DNA from: an uncultured Pseudomonadales bacterium
GTDB taxonomy: Bacteria > Patescibacteriota > Microgenomatia > UBA1400 > UBA12028
Length of the DNA stretch: 64,000 nucleotides
Direction: 5' to 3'
Assembly: GCA_964509365.1 (NCBI GenBank)
Contig: CAZDWN010000001.1
Location: 214,966 to 278,965 of the forward strand
The position numbers and the translations under genes are program-made. Shown here one piece after another: positions 1 through 12,800 of the stretch (the stretch's first letter is position 1; every line of letters starts with the position of its first letter). The notes beneath the pieces are model-generated. The model ran no database searches, was not told the DNA's origin, and saw nothing but the letters and a program-made list of their open reading frames with translations.

Positions 1-464
1 TCATCTTGAATTTTTTTCGTTTCCTGTCGAGTTTCATCGTATAATCCAGCGATTTGCTCGCGAATTTGCGTCTCACTTGCTGCCACTTCTTTTGAGAGTG
101 AGGTGGCAAAGGCCTGTACTTGAGTAAGTGATTCTTTTTGGAGTGAATCTCCGACTTGCTTTACTACTTGCTCATAGGCACCGGACTCTTTTTGTGCTTG
201 GGACTCGAGAAGCGATGACAACTTATTTTTGAGCTCGGCTGAGAGTTCATCGGAGTGAGCGATGAGCTTTTGCAGTTGATCCTTGGAAGTGGCAGTCAAG
301 ACATTTCCGTACTCATCCAGTTCTTTGGTTAACTTCTCATGATCGAGTCGAAGTTTGTTGTACCCTCGAAGCAAACGAAAATAAAAGATCGCGAACGCGA
401 TGATCGCTGCGACGCCCGTGGCGAGAATAAATGATTCATACATGAGAAGTGGACTGAGTTCCAT
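1..464 (-). CDS. membrane-anchored coiled-coil protein, C-terminal part cut by window edge
   Basis: Reverse-strand ATG at 462-464 (MELSPLLMYESFILATGVAAIIAFAIFYF...). One N-terminal TM helix, then K/E/Q/L-rich heptad-like sequence that runs off the window. Absent from the ORF track because there is no in-window stop. Confidence 0.4.
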   Translation of the reverse strand, partial: MELSPLLMYESFILATGVAAIIAFAIFYFRLLRGYNKLRLDHEKLTKELDEYGNVLTATSKDQLQKLIAHSDELSAELKNKLSSLLESQAQKESGAYEQVVKQVGDSLQKESLTQVQAFATSLSKEVAASETQIREQIAGLYDETRQETKKIQD

Positions 465-505
465 AAAAATAATAGTAGACCAGTGTGATCAGTATGACCA
501 GTAGA

Positions 506-2239
506 TCAGACCATCCCTACTGATCCACTGATCGCCTGATCGCCTTTTAAGAGGTTCTTCCCCGTCATGACAGCAGGAACTGGAATCTTCATGAAATTGA
601 GGATCGTTGGCGCGACATCAGCAAGCGTGCCGGTTTCTAGCGCCGTTGGTTTGCCTCGCATCGAATTTTCAATCATGACAAACGGCACAGGATTATTACT
701 ATGCTCCGTATTCATGGACCCATCATGGGTCGTGTAATAAAATCCGGATGGATCAAAAGTCAAAAGCTCCTCTGCATTCCCATGATCAGCAGTGATAAAG
801 ATAGCACCATCGACGGTGAGCACAGCAGTTTTCATGACACCAAGGGCCCAATCCACGTGCTCGACCGCTTTGATTGTCGCTTGCAATTTTCCGCTGTGAG
901 CCACCATGTCTGGGTTCGCAAGGTTGAGGACAAAAAAATGATACTTGTTAAGTGAAAGTGCCCAGAGAAACTCTCTTACTAGACCAGGCAACGACATCTC
1001 GGGTTTGTGATCATACGTTCCCACTTTTGGGGATGAAATAATCTTCACGTCTTCTCCCTCAAATGGCACGCCTCGCAGTCCATCAATGTAGTAGGTCACC
1101 ATTCGTTCTTTCTCACTTTCTGCCATATGCATCTGCTTCATGCTGTTCTCAGAAATTACTTGACCAATTGGTTGGTCAATGGACTCGGTCGGAAAGCCAA
1201 CTGCGCTCACTGGCACTCCAGATTGATACTCAGTCATAGTGACAAAACACAACTCTTTGATCACATTTTTTCGTTCAAACGTTGGCGGAGGCGCTTGCCC
1301 TTTCAGACCCAAACTCCCCCCAATTTCTTTTTTCAAAAATGCTCCCGATTCAAATTCAGGTTTAGGAATGACGAATGCTTTCGTTAGCTGTCGTGGACGG
1401 TCGACACGAAAATTAAAGAAAATGACTGCATCACCGTCCTTGACGATTGAAGGTTCTTCACCTGCTTTGGCAATGACCGTCGGTTCGACGAACTCATCAG
1501 TTTTTCCGGCTTTATATGAATCGCTGACTGCTGAGACCGCAGAGTCCGCTCGGGGACCAATTCCCGATGTGATCGCCTCATACGCTTGCTGCGTGCGCTC
1601 CCACCGGTTATCTCGATCAAGTGCATAGTAGCGACCCGCAACTGATCCAATTTTTCCGATTCCCACGTCCTTTAAGGCAAATTCGATATTTGAAAGAATA
1701 TTCACCCCGTCATGGGGAGGAGCATCGCGGCCATCAGTAAAGACGTGCAAGACCACGTTTGTGACATTCATTCGCTTGGCCATCTTAAGTAATGCGTACA
1801 GATGCTCTACCGATGAGTGGACGTTTCCTGAACCGACAAGTCCCATGAGATGAAGTGTGCTTTTTTTGGTCAGTACATGATCCACTGCAGTTGTCAGCGC
1901 TGGATTACGGAAAAATGATTCATCTGCGATACTTCGATTGATACGCAATAAGCTTTCAAAGATCACTCTCCCGACTCCCATAGTCAAATGACCGACTTCA
2001 GAATTTCCCACTTCATTCGCTGGCAATCCCACTGATTCACCGGACGCTATGAGTGAGGTGTTCGGATATTCCTTGAGGATTGACTCCCAGTTTGGTAACT
2101 TCGCCGCAGTCAGCGCGTTGCCGTGACTTGGTGGGGCTATCCCCCACCCGTCCATGGAGATCAATACAACTGGTCGTATGCCATCCGGCCGCTTCACTAT
2201 TTTCGGATCAAAAAAACTCGAGACTATAGGAATACGCAT
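506..2239 (-). CDS. gpmI: 2,3-bisphosphoglycerate-independent phosphoglycerate mutase
   Basis: 577-aa ORF with iPGM hallmark segments (VVLISMDGWGIAPPSHGNAL; SGESVGLPANEVGNSEVGHLTMGVGRV; metal-binding ADHGNAE). Immediately downstream of the 2246-3004 ORF on the same strand. Confidence 0.9.
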   Translation of the reverse strand: MRIPIVSSFFDPKIVKRPDGIRPVVLISMDGWGIAPPSHGNALTAAKLPNWESILKEYPNTSLIASGESVGLPANEVGNSEVGHLTMGVGRVIFESLLRINRSIADESFFRNPALTTAVDHVLTKKSTLHLMGLVGSGNVHSSVEHLYALLKMAKRMNVTNVVLHVFTDGRDAPPHDGVNILSNIEFALKDVGIGKIGSVAGRYYALDRDNRWERTQQAYEAITSGIGPRADSAVSAVSDSYKAGKTDEFVEPTVIAKAGEEPSIVKDGDAVIFFNFRVDRPRQLTKAFVIPKPEFESGAFLKKEIGGSLGLKGQAPPPTFERKNVIKELCFVTMTEYQSGVPVSAVGFPTESIDQPIGQVISENSMKQMHMAESEKERMVTYYIDGLRGVPFEGEDVKIISSPKVGTYDHKPEMSLPGLVREFLWALSLNKYHFFVLNLANPDMVAHSGKLQATIKAVEHVDWALGVMKTAVLTVDGAIFITADHGNAEELLTFDPSGFYYTTHDGSMNTEHSNNPVPFVMIENSMRGKPTALETGTLADVAPTILNFMKIPVPAVMTGKNLLKGDQAISGSVGMV

Positions 2240-2245
2240 ACAGTT

Positions 2246-3010
<765 letters not shown>

Positions 3011-3086
3011 TTAAGTATACGACGTTGATTACAAAAAATATAATCAAGCCAATTTTTTTTGGACCGAATGATCGCCGCATGAACCT

Positions 3087-3255
3087 GAAAATATTGGACA
3101 TTTTCTCAAGCAAACCTAAGAACCCCACACTCCTAATGGTTCGTATGTACTCAACATTCGTACTTTGAATTCTGATCTTGAGATACTTTTCCCAGTCCAA
3201 AACTCAAACCACGTCCTATTTATTGAAGTATTCTTGAGAAAATGTCCAATTTTAT
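3087..3255. repeat. pair of 23-bp inverted repeats (3087-3110 and 3233-3255) flanking a 122-bp spacer in the divergent promoter region
   Basis: gaaaatattggacattttctcaag versus cttgagaaaatgtccaattttat; the arms are reverse complements with one mismatch. Confidence 0.6.
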
Positions 3256-3267
3256 AACTCACCATAC

Positions 3268-3372
3268 TATCTCCCATTCACTCTTCTCCCTTTTCTCTCC
3301 ACTCTTCACTCTCCACCTTTCACCCTTTCCCTTTCCTTTCGCTTCCCCCTTCCTACTTCCTACTGAAACGTC
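3268..3372 (+). repeat. strand-asymmetric polypyrimidine (C/T-only) tract
   Basis: About 100 nt that are almost exclusively C and T on the plus strand (ctcttctcccttttctctccactcttcactctccacctttcaccctttccctttcctttcgcttccccc...), about 500 nt upstream of the giant gene. Confidence 0.7.
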
Positions 3373-3750
3373 GACGAGCAAATGAGACGTGCGATCACTC
3401 TCAAACTTTTGTACTCAAAGTTTTCAAAAGAAACTTTGAAAAGTTTGACATCGCGATAACAGAAAATGGAAATTGGAAGGCGACAAATATTCATTTCCCT
3501 ATAATACGTACGCGAGGCTCGATCATTTCCATGCGGAAATGGTGCTTTTTTTCTCATTTTTTCTACACATATAAAAATCTTTCATTCGCTAGTGATCTCC
3601 GCCTGTATCCCGCAGTTTTTTCAACAAGAATTATTCCAAATTACCAGAGTTAAAGCGAAGATATTACAATTGCAGATCTGTTTATAGTGTGAAATACACT
3701 TTACAACATTTTTCAGGCTAAATGACCATATTTTTGAGCGGTATTCCCCG

Positions 3751-3779
3751 TTGACATGCCATGCAAAAAATCCCATTAT
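3751..3779 (+). promoter_or_regulatory. candidate sigma70-type promoter for the giant gene
   Basis: Perfect TTGACA (3751-3756), 17-nt spacer, then CATTAT (3774-3779), about 90 nt upstream of the ATG at 3872. Confidence 0.3.
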
Positions 3780-3871
3780 AGAAGTTGGACATTGCAACAA
3801 GAAAAAGTTAGACAGAACCAGAGAAAAAATAAAAAAACACAACGAAGAAAAAACTTACCCAAAGTGAAGTT

Positions 3872-6800
3872 ATGGATCAGCAGAGTCGAAATAGTTCCCA
3901 TCTTTCCATTCAAGAGGCTGCCCACATCCTCAAAGTTTCTGAAAAAACATTGCGACGCTGGGAGGACAAAAATATTTTGGTACCTATCCGGACTGCTGGT
4001 GGCCATCGTCGCTATACGCTTGATCAACTTCACGCATTCAAATCAAACAAGAAGAAAAATAGAGAAATTCAAGCCAGTGAAGCGATCTTTGTCCCTACAG
4101 TGGAAATTCGCCCAACTCTTATCAAGCAGGCTGTGGCTTCACCACTCCTCCATCGCCCCGCTCAAACGCGTTTCTCATTTCCAGTGAAGCGAGTGGTTAT
4201 ATTTGCTTCCTTAGTGTTGGCCCTTTTTGCCCTGAGCATGATTGCCAAGCCTATCACTAGTTCTTTGGCGTCAATCAAATTACCGACTCTACGTGGACCA
4301 CTCATTGCGACGAAGAAAACTCCTGCCAAAGCCATCACTAAAGCGTCCTCTGCTTCAGTGCTCGGCATAGCTGATGAATATATTCAGTTCACTCTCAATG
4401 TCGATACGGTTCTCAATGAGAATTTGAGAGTAGTCAAAGATGCGAGCATCGGCGGGACTCTGGGTGTCAATAGTGGTCGCATCGCGTCAGCAGCTTCCTC
4501 AGGAAGTATTTTTGATGACAATGTATCGACGTTGACGATTGGCTCATCAGGCACGGCAATTAGTATCGGCGCGACTACCGGAACGACGACAATCAACAAT
4601 CAAACAACAGCAGTCCGAGGCACTCTTACTCTTATTGGAAATCGGCTGACCTCGGCTGCTGATCTCGTCATCGATCCAGGTGGAGGCGGTGTGCTCATTG
4701 GGACAAGTACTCCTGCAAGCATCGATTCCGCCTCAGGCGATTTGTTCGTTTCTGACCAGTTTGAAGTCAAAGGTGCTTCGTATTTACCAACCATCATCAC
4801 CAATGGTGATACCATCACTGATTTCACCGGCACAGGACTCCAGGTCTCAGCTGGGATCCTCTCTACCACGCTAGGCACAAGTATCCAAAGCACTGAAATC
4901 GACAATTCAGCTATTACGAGTGACAAGCTAGCAGATGAGGCAGTGACCGAGCCAAAGCTCAATGTCACGAACGATGCAAGCAACGGATATATCCTGAGTT
5001 CTGCTGGTGATGGCAAGTTTACTTGGGTACCTCAAAATACCGCAGTGAACTTCTTTACCGATGCTGGACCAAATATCTACATCACCGACACCACCGATGA
5101 TCTCAGTCTCGGGACCACGAGCGATTTGGCCAAACTCGGAGTCAGCGGCGACAGCGACGAAATTCAGCTGTTGGCTCGTGGGAATACGACGCAGACGAGT
5201 GACATTCTATCTGTGCAAAATTCGAGTGGAACGAGCCTGTTTTCTGTGAGTGGTACCGGTGTGCTGACTGCATCGCAACTCAACTGTACGTCGTATGCAA
5301 ATGGAGGAGCGTTGACGACCAATGCATCTGGAGTGATTTCCTGTGCTGATGATGATGGTGGCGGCACCGCATCCCCATTCCAAACCACAGCTGGTGTCGC
5401 GAATCTGATTACCCCGACTGACGACGTGACAGTCGGGTCAAACACTGACTACGGTAAACTTGCAGTTGCTGGCGATAGCGATGAAGTCCAGTTCTTGGTT
5501 CACGGGAACGCCACACAAACCTCTTTCCTCGGTGTTTTCGAACAATCAACTGGCACAGATGTCTTTACAATCGCAAATAGCGGAGATCTCGTAACTGCTG
5601 GCAATTTAGCGGTCAATGGTGGAAGTATCACCACCACATCGACGACAGCAAATATCTTCAACTCGACGGTAACAACGCTCAATATCGGTGCAGCGGCAAC
5701 CAATATAAATATCGGAGTGGTCGGAGGGACAATGACCATCCCAAGTAATGTAACGATCACCGGGACGTTGACAACCGCTGCCAGTGATTTTGCTGCCGAT
5801 GGCGCAGTGACGCTCTCGCCTTCTGGCACAAATGACATCACCTTTAATCTCGATGCGAACTCAACCTTTATTCTCAATGGTGTACAGTCTGGTACTGCTT
5901 CCAATGGCTTGTGTCTCGATGGCAGCAATAACTTGATTACGTGTTCGACTGTCGGCTCGCTGACGTTGCAGTCTGCCTACAACAACGATGGCGACGGATC
6001 GGATACAGTGATTGCTCTAACTTCGGCTGATGATTCCGTGGTTATTCGAAATCCTGCTTCATCTGGAACAGATTCTGGGTACACATTCTTCATCGACCAA
6101 CTCAATACAGGAAACGTCGACGGCATTCGAGTTGATACAGCTGGTACAGGCACAGGCATCGCCGTCAACAGCTCTTCAACGGGCACACTTCTGAGTCTGG
6201 TCGCAAGCAGTATCGGGACGACGACGACAGGCATCTCAGTTCAAAACTCAGACACTGGAGTCATCACAAATGGATTGGATGTGTCCGATCCTGAGATCGT
6301 GAATGCCATTAGCCTGGGCAGCAACAGCATTTTGACGGGATCTGGCGCGGTGACTTCTGCAGAATTATTCAGACTCTCGGGGAAAGATGCTGCGCTCGTC
6401 GATACGAATGATGCAGTCGTAACTGCGATCACAGGCACAGGCGCGTTAAACACTGGAAGTATCACCAGTGGTTTTGGAAGTATTGACGTCGGCGCTGATG
6501 CAGTCGCCGCCGGGACGATCACCGTCAATGGTGACAGTATCACCGACTTCACAGGCAATGGCCTACAAGTGAGCGGAGGCAATCTCGCACTCAAGCTGCA
6601 GACTGCCACTGATGCACTCTCTTCCACTATTTCAAGTGGTTCTGGGCTAGAGACGTTTGCTGGCGGAGTCGCCATGCTCCAAGGGTGTACCGATGGCCAA
6701 ATTCTCAAATGGAACGAGACTACTGACGAGTGGGGTTGTGCAAATGACTCAGGAGCCACGAGCGCAATTATTAATGTCAAAAACAACGGCTCATCGGTAG

Positions 6801-9800
6801 GCACCAATGTCGACACCCTCAACTTCACCACGGACTTCCTCGTCGCTGAGAGTCCAAGCGGAACTGACAATATCTCAGTTGCAGATGACATTCTCAATTT
6901 TACAGAGTTGAGCGATTCTCTCGTGCTTGATGCAAATACCACCATCACCGCCGGATCTGCCTTGAGTTTAACGATTGGAAACAACGCGACGTTGACGACA
7001 ACTGGATCTGGATCAATCATCGCGACTGATCTTGTGTGCGCTGATTGCGTAGCATTAGGCAGTGAGACGACCGGAAACTATGTCGCCACAATCACTGCAG
7101 GCAACGGTCTGACCGGTGACGTCTCAAGCGAAGGGTCGACACCGACCTTGGCAGTTGGAGCTGGGAATGGCATACTTTCCAATGCAAATGACGTCGCAGT
7201 CGATCAAAGTTATGGTTTCACCTTTACTGGAAATGTTTCCTTCTCACCTTCTGGCACGAATAATCTTTCCTTCACTGGTGATGCAAACTCACAAATTAAT
7301 TTGACTGGTCTCCAAGCGACATCAGCTGTTTCCGGATTGTGTCTGGATGCATCAAATAATGTGGTGACATGTGCTGTTGGAGGTTCTATGTCGAGCTTCT
7401 CTTTGGCAGGAGATTCTGGAAGTGACACGGTGTCCAATGGCCAAACTGCCACGATTGCAGGTGGCACCAATGGGATTGACACGGTTGAATCAGGGCGAAC
7501 TGTGACCTTGAACTTGGATACGACCGAGATTACGAATGCGACATTTGGCACCGGTGCAGCTGGATTCACTTGGACCTTTGATGCTTCAGCAGGCACTGAT
7601 ACGACGATCGCATTTGGCAATAACACGCAGACATTTACGACAGGTACTGCCACATTCACCGGCAACTTGACGGCACAAGGCACGACGCTTTCCCTTGGAA
7701 ACGGTTCTGCAAGCACTATCTCTACCCCGTCCGGAAATGCGGGATTAACTATCGCACCAAATGGTACTGGAACTTTGAATCTGGCGACCACAAACACAGG
7801 AAATGTCGTCATCGGAAATGGCACGGGCAGCTTTCAATTAACCTCGAGCGGTGGACTCAATGTCTCTACTGGAGGAGCACTGACGGGAGTGGCCTCGCTT
7901 GATACGATCTCGACGTCAGCCACTGCGCTCGGATTTGCTGGGACGGGGACACTGAGTTCCGGAGCGGCCACTGCCCTCAATATTGTCCCTGGGACATCAG
8001 GCGCCTTAAATCTGGCCACAACCAACACAGGAAATGTCGTCATTGGGAACGCGACTGGGACGTTTGTCCTCAATTCAAATGGTGGTCTTAATGTGACGAG
8101 TGGAGGAGCGCTCACGGGTGTCGCCTCTCTTGATACGATCTCAACGTCAGCGACTGCGCTCGGATTTGCCGGCGCTGGCACTATTACCTCTGCAGGCGCA
8201 AATGCGCTGACTCTGGACTCCGGATCCACGGGTACGATCAATATCGGCACCGGCACAAGTGGAAAGACAATTAATGTCGGTACAAGTAATAGTAATGCGG
8301 ACACCATCAACATTGGATCTGCGCTTGATACCCTAGCCTTGGCAGGCACAACCGGTATTACGGGGACGACGACGATCACTGGCACAGCAAATATCAATTC
8401 CTCAGGAGCAGCGACAACAAATATTGGGACTGGCACTGGGAACGTCGTCATTGGGAATGGCACGGGCACGTTTGCTCTGACAAGTAATGGTGGGCTGAAT
8501 GTCTCGACCGCAGGTGTACTCTCTGGGATCACTGGATACACCCAGAGCTCAGGCGCATTCTCACTCACACTTTCGACCACAAACTCCGCACTGTTTGCAT
8601 CAACGACGAGTGGAGCTGATGCCCTAGCTATCAAGCCACAATCAGCACTGACTTCCGCAGGGTTTACTGGCACAGTCAGTACCGTTGATTTGACTGCTGC
8701 TCGCACCTACACGTTCCCAGATGCGACTGGAGACGTCTGTTTGACGAGCGGAAACTGTGCTGGAGTTGGCGGTGGATTGACTGGTTCAGGAACCACAGGC
8801 CAGATTGCATATTTCAATGGCTCGGGTTCACTCACATCTGAAGCAAGTGGATTTGCATGGGATGCTACCAACAATCGACTTGGTATTGGGACAGATACGC
8901 CGACTGGTATGCTTCACGTGACCGGAGCCGTGACTGGGAAAGCACTTACTATCTTTAATGAAACTGGAGACCAAAACATACTCGCTGCATCAGCTTCAGG
9001 CACAACGGTCGCTACTTTGGACCGCAATGGTCAGTTTATGGTCAATACAACGACGGCAAACGCAGACAAAATTGCGCTCGTTGGAAATGCGACTGGAGCA
9101 AATACGTTTACAGGATCCGTATCGGTCGCTGACCTGACTGCAGATCGCACATTTACCTTTCCAGATGCAACCGGCACCGTGTGTTTGACCAGTGGCAACT
9201 GTACTGGAGCTGGTGGCTCGATGGCAAGCTTTAATCTTGCCGGAGACACTGGCAGCGACGCAGTTGCTGACGCACAGACTGCAACAATAGCTGGTGGGAC
9301 TAATGGGATCGATACTACGGAAACAGGACGAACAGTGACATTAAATCTCGATGCGACTGAGATTAGCGGTACATCTTCTTCCGGTGCAACGACGTTTAGT
9401 GATGGCACTCAGTCGACAGTTACGTGGACGTTTAATACTTCAGGAGCAACTGATACTTCCCTCGCCTTTGCAAACAATGCGGTGACGTTGACGGCCGGAA
9501 CCACGACAATGTCTGGCAATCTGACTGTACAAGGCACTGCACTTTCACTCGGGAATGGATCGGCAAGTACCATCTCCACTCCATCTGGAAATGCTGGAAT
9601 CACCATCGCACCAAACGGCACCGGTTCGCTCAATTTAGCAACGACAAACACTGGCGCAGTAACCATCGGCAACGCGACTGGAGCTTTCCAGTTGATTTCA
9701 AATGGTGGTCTCAATGTGAGTACCGGCGGAGCTCTCACTGGAGTTGCATCGCTTGATACGATTTCCACTTCTGCCACCGCAATTGGATTCGCTGGCGTCG

Positions 9801-12800
9801 GGGTACTTTCGTCTGGAGCCGGGACAAACTTGAGTATTATTCCGGGGACAACGGGATCGCTAAACCTCGCGACGACGAATACTGGAAATGTCGTGATCGG
9901 GAATGGCACTGGCACGTTTGCCCTGACAAGTAATGGAGGGTTAAATGTCTCAACGGCAGGCGTGCTCACTGGTGTGACGAGTATTGATACAATCGGAACG
10001 ACCGCCACTGGCCTGACATTCGCCGGCTCTGGAAGCATCGTTACAACCACTTCATCAGCGTTGACGCTCGACAGCGGTACTACTGGTGCAGTCAATCTTG
10101 GCTCAGGAAACAATGCCAAGACGATCAACATCGCCACTGGGACAGCTGGCGATACGGTGAATATCGCTACAGATAACTCCATCGCTGACACCATCAACAT
10201 CGCCAGTGCCCTGGATACGACCACCATTGCCGGATCATTTAAACTCACTGGCCTATCTGCACAAACTGGCTCACAATTGTGTATTACCGGTGGGAATGTC
10301 GTCGGTACCTGTTCATCTGGTTCAGGGGTCACCGGATCAGGATTAGCAAATCAAATTACCTATTGGTCATCAGGAACAGCAGTCACAGGAAATGCAAACT
10401 TCTTGTTTAACCCATCAAATGTCAGTGGAACTACAACGTCCTCATCAGTTGTCTTGACTGACGCATCGCTTACAACGGGTACAAATCTCTACGTTTCAGG
10501 GACCAGCACACCAGTTGCGAATACAGCGACATCACAAAATGTCATCGCCGTCACATACGCACAAGTCACTGCAGCCAACACCAATGGATTTACTGGCCTT
10601 GATCTCAAGTTCACCAATGCAAGTACCATCGCTGGAAATACAGAATATGCTGCTCGCATTCAAAACCAAGCAAGTGGAAGTAGCCCCTCAGATGCAGCGA
10701 TAGCCGCACTGCTTCAGCTTGATAACGCGGATACCACCTCAGGAAATTCGATTGTCGTCACCGATGCGCTCCAAATCAGTAACTCTGGAGCAATCGCGGC
10801 TGGCGTCACCAACGGTATCGCGTTCAGATCAACCACCATCGACACCGGAATTAACTTTGTCTCCACACCGACGACCAATTACATCAGTGGCACAAACTTC
10901 ACAGTCACCGCTGCAGGTGCAGAAACGCTTGGGAGTAACTTGACTGTCAATGGAACATCTTTGTCACTTGGGAATGGATCCGCCAGTACAATCTCGACCC
11001 CATCTGGCAATGCTGGGATCACCATCGCTCCAAATGGCACAGGGACCTTGAATCTTGCGACGACCAATACCGGCGCAGTCAGCATTGGAAATGCGACGGG
11101 GTCATTTGCCTTAGCTTCAAGTGGTGGATTAAACGTCTCTACCGGCGGGGCACTCACTGGAGTCGCGAGTATCGATACGATTGGGACCTCAGCCACTGGA
11201 TTGACGTTTGCTGGAGCTGGCACAATCGTCACAAACACTTCCTCTGCTCTAACACTTGATAGCGGGACAACAGGGATTGTGAACTTAGGCACAGGAAACA
11301 ATGCAAAGACGGTTAATATTGCGACTGGTACCGCCGGAGATACCGTAAACATTGGCACTGACAATTCGATAGCTGATACCATAAACATCGCCAGTGCCCT
11401 GGATACGACCACCATTGCCGGATTATTTAAACTCACTGGCCTCTCTGCACAGACAGGATCACAACTCTGTATCACTGCTGGAAATGTCATCGGTACGTGT
11501 GCCTCTGGGTCTGGAGTCACTGGATCAGGTGTCGCCAACCAAATCGCTTACTGGAGTGGGACGAATGCACTCACCGGAAATGCAAATCTCACATTTGATC
11601 CGACCGCGACCACTGGAAATGCGCTCGCACTTGCCGATACGTCACTCACCACTGGAAAGCTCACATCCTTTACGGGTACGAGTACACCAGTTGCAAACAC
11701 CGCGACCACTCAAAACTTATTTGCAGTCACGTATGCTCAGGGTACGGCGGCAAACACCAATGGCTTCGTTGGACTTGGCGTGAACTTTACAAATAGTCCA
11801 ACTATTGCTGGGAATACTGAGTATGCGGCTCAAATTCAAAATCAAGTGACGACGAATACGACTGACAATGCAGTCGCTGCACTCCTCCGACTTGATAACG
11901 CTGACACGAGTGGCACGGGCTCGACAGTCGTCACCGATGCATTGCAAATCAGTAACTCGGGAGCAATCGCCGCTGGCATCACCAACGGAATTGCGTTCAG
12001 ATCAACGACAATCGACACTGGGATCAACTTTGTCTCAACCCCGACGACCAATTACATCAGTGGCACAAACTTCACAGTCACCGCTGCAGGTGCAGCCACG
12101 CTTGCAAGCAATTTGACTGTGAATGGGACGACGCTCTCACTTGGCAACGGTTCTGCCAGCACAATTAGTACGCCATCTGGAAATGCTGGTATTAGTATTA
12201 CTCCAAACGGATCTGGGGCTCTCGCATTAGGGTCAGGAAATACAGGAAATTTCACCCTCGGCAACTCGACAGGTACTGGCGCGATCACCACCAGTGACTG
12301 GGTAATTGGCACCACTGGGAATATGACTGGCATCGGCAATATCGTCGCTGATGGAAATATCTCATTTACTCCAAGTGGAACATCAGACATCACGTTCAAT
12401 ACTGCTCCAGGTTCAGGCGCGAACTTGACGATCACTGGACTGACGAGTGGCACAGCATCAAGCGGCATTTGTCTTGACGGTTCAAATAATGTCATTACAT
12501 GTAATGCGGCAACGACCGTAAACTTACAAGATGCCTATGACCATGACACTGATACCGGAGACACGCTCATTACATTCTCTGCCGCCGATGACTCTCTGAT
12601 CTTTCGAAATCCTGCATCATCAGGAACCGATAGTACGTTCCTCTTAAACCTTGATCAACTTGCTTCAGGGACGCAAGATGTCTTGACGATCTCACAGGCC
12701 GGTACGGGAAATGCGTTCGCCATCACGACGACCAATGCAGGCACGACGCCGGCTGCCATCAAGATCAGTAACAGTGCAGGGACCATCACCGATGCAATTG

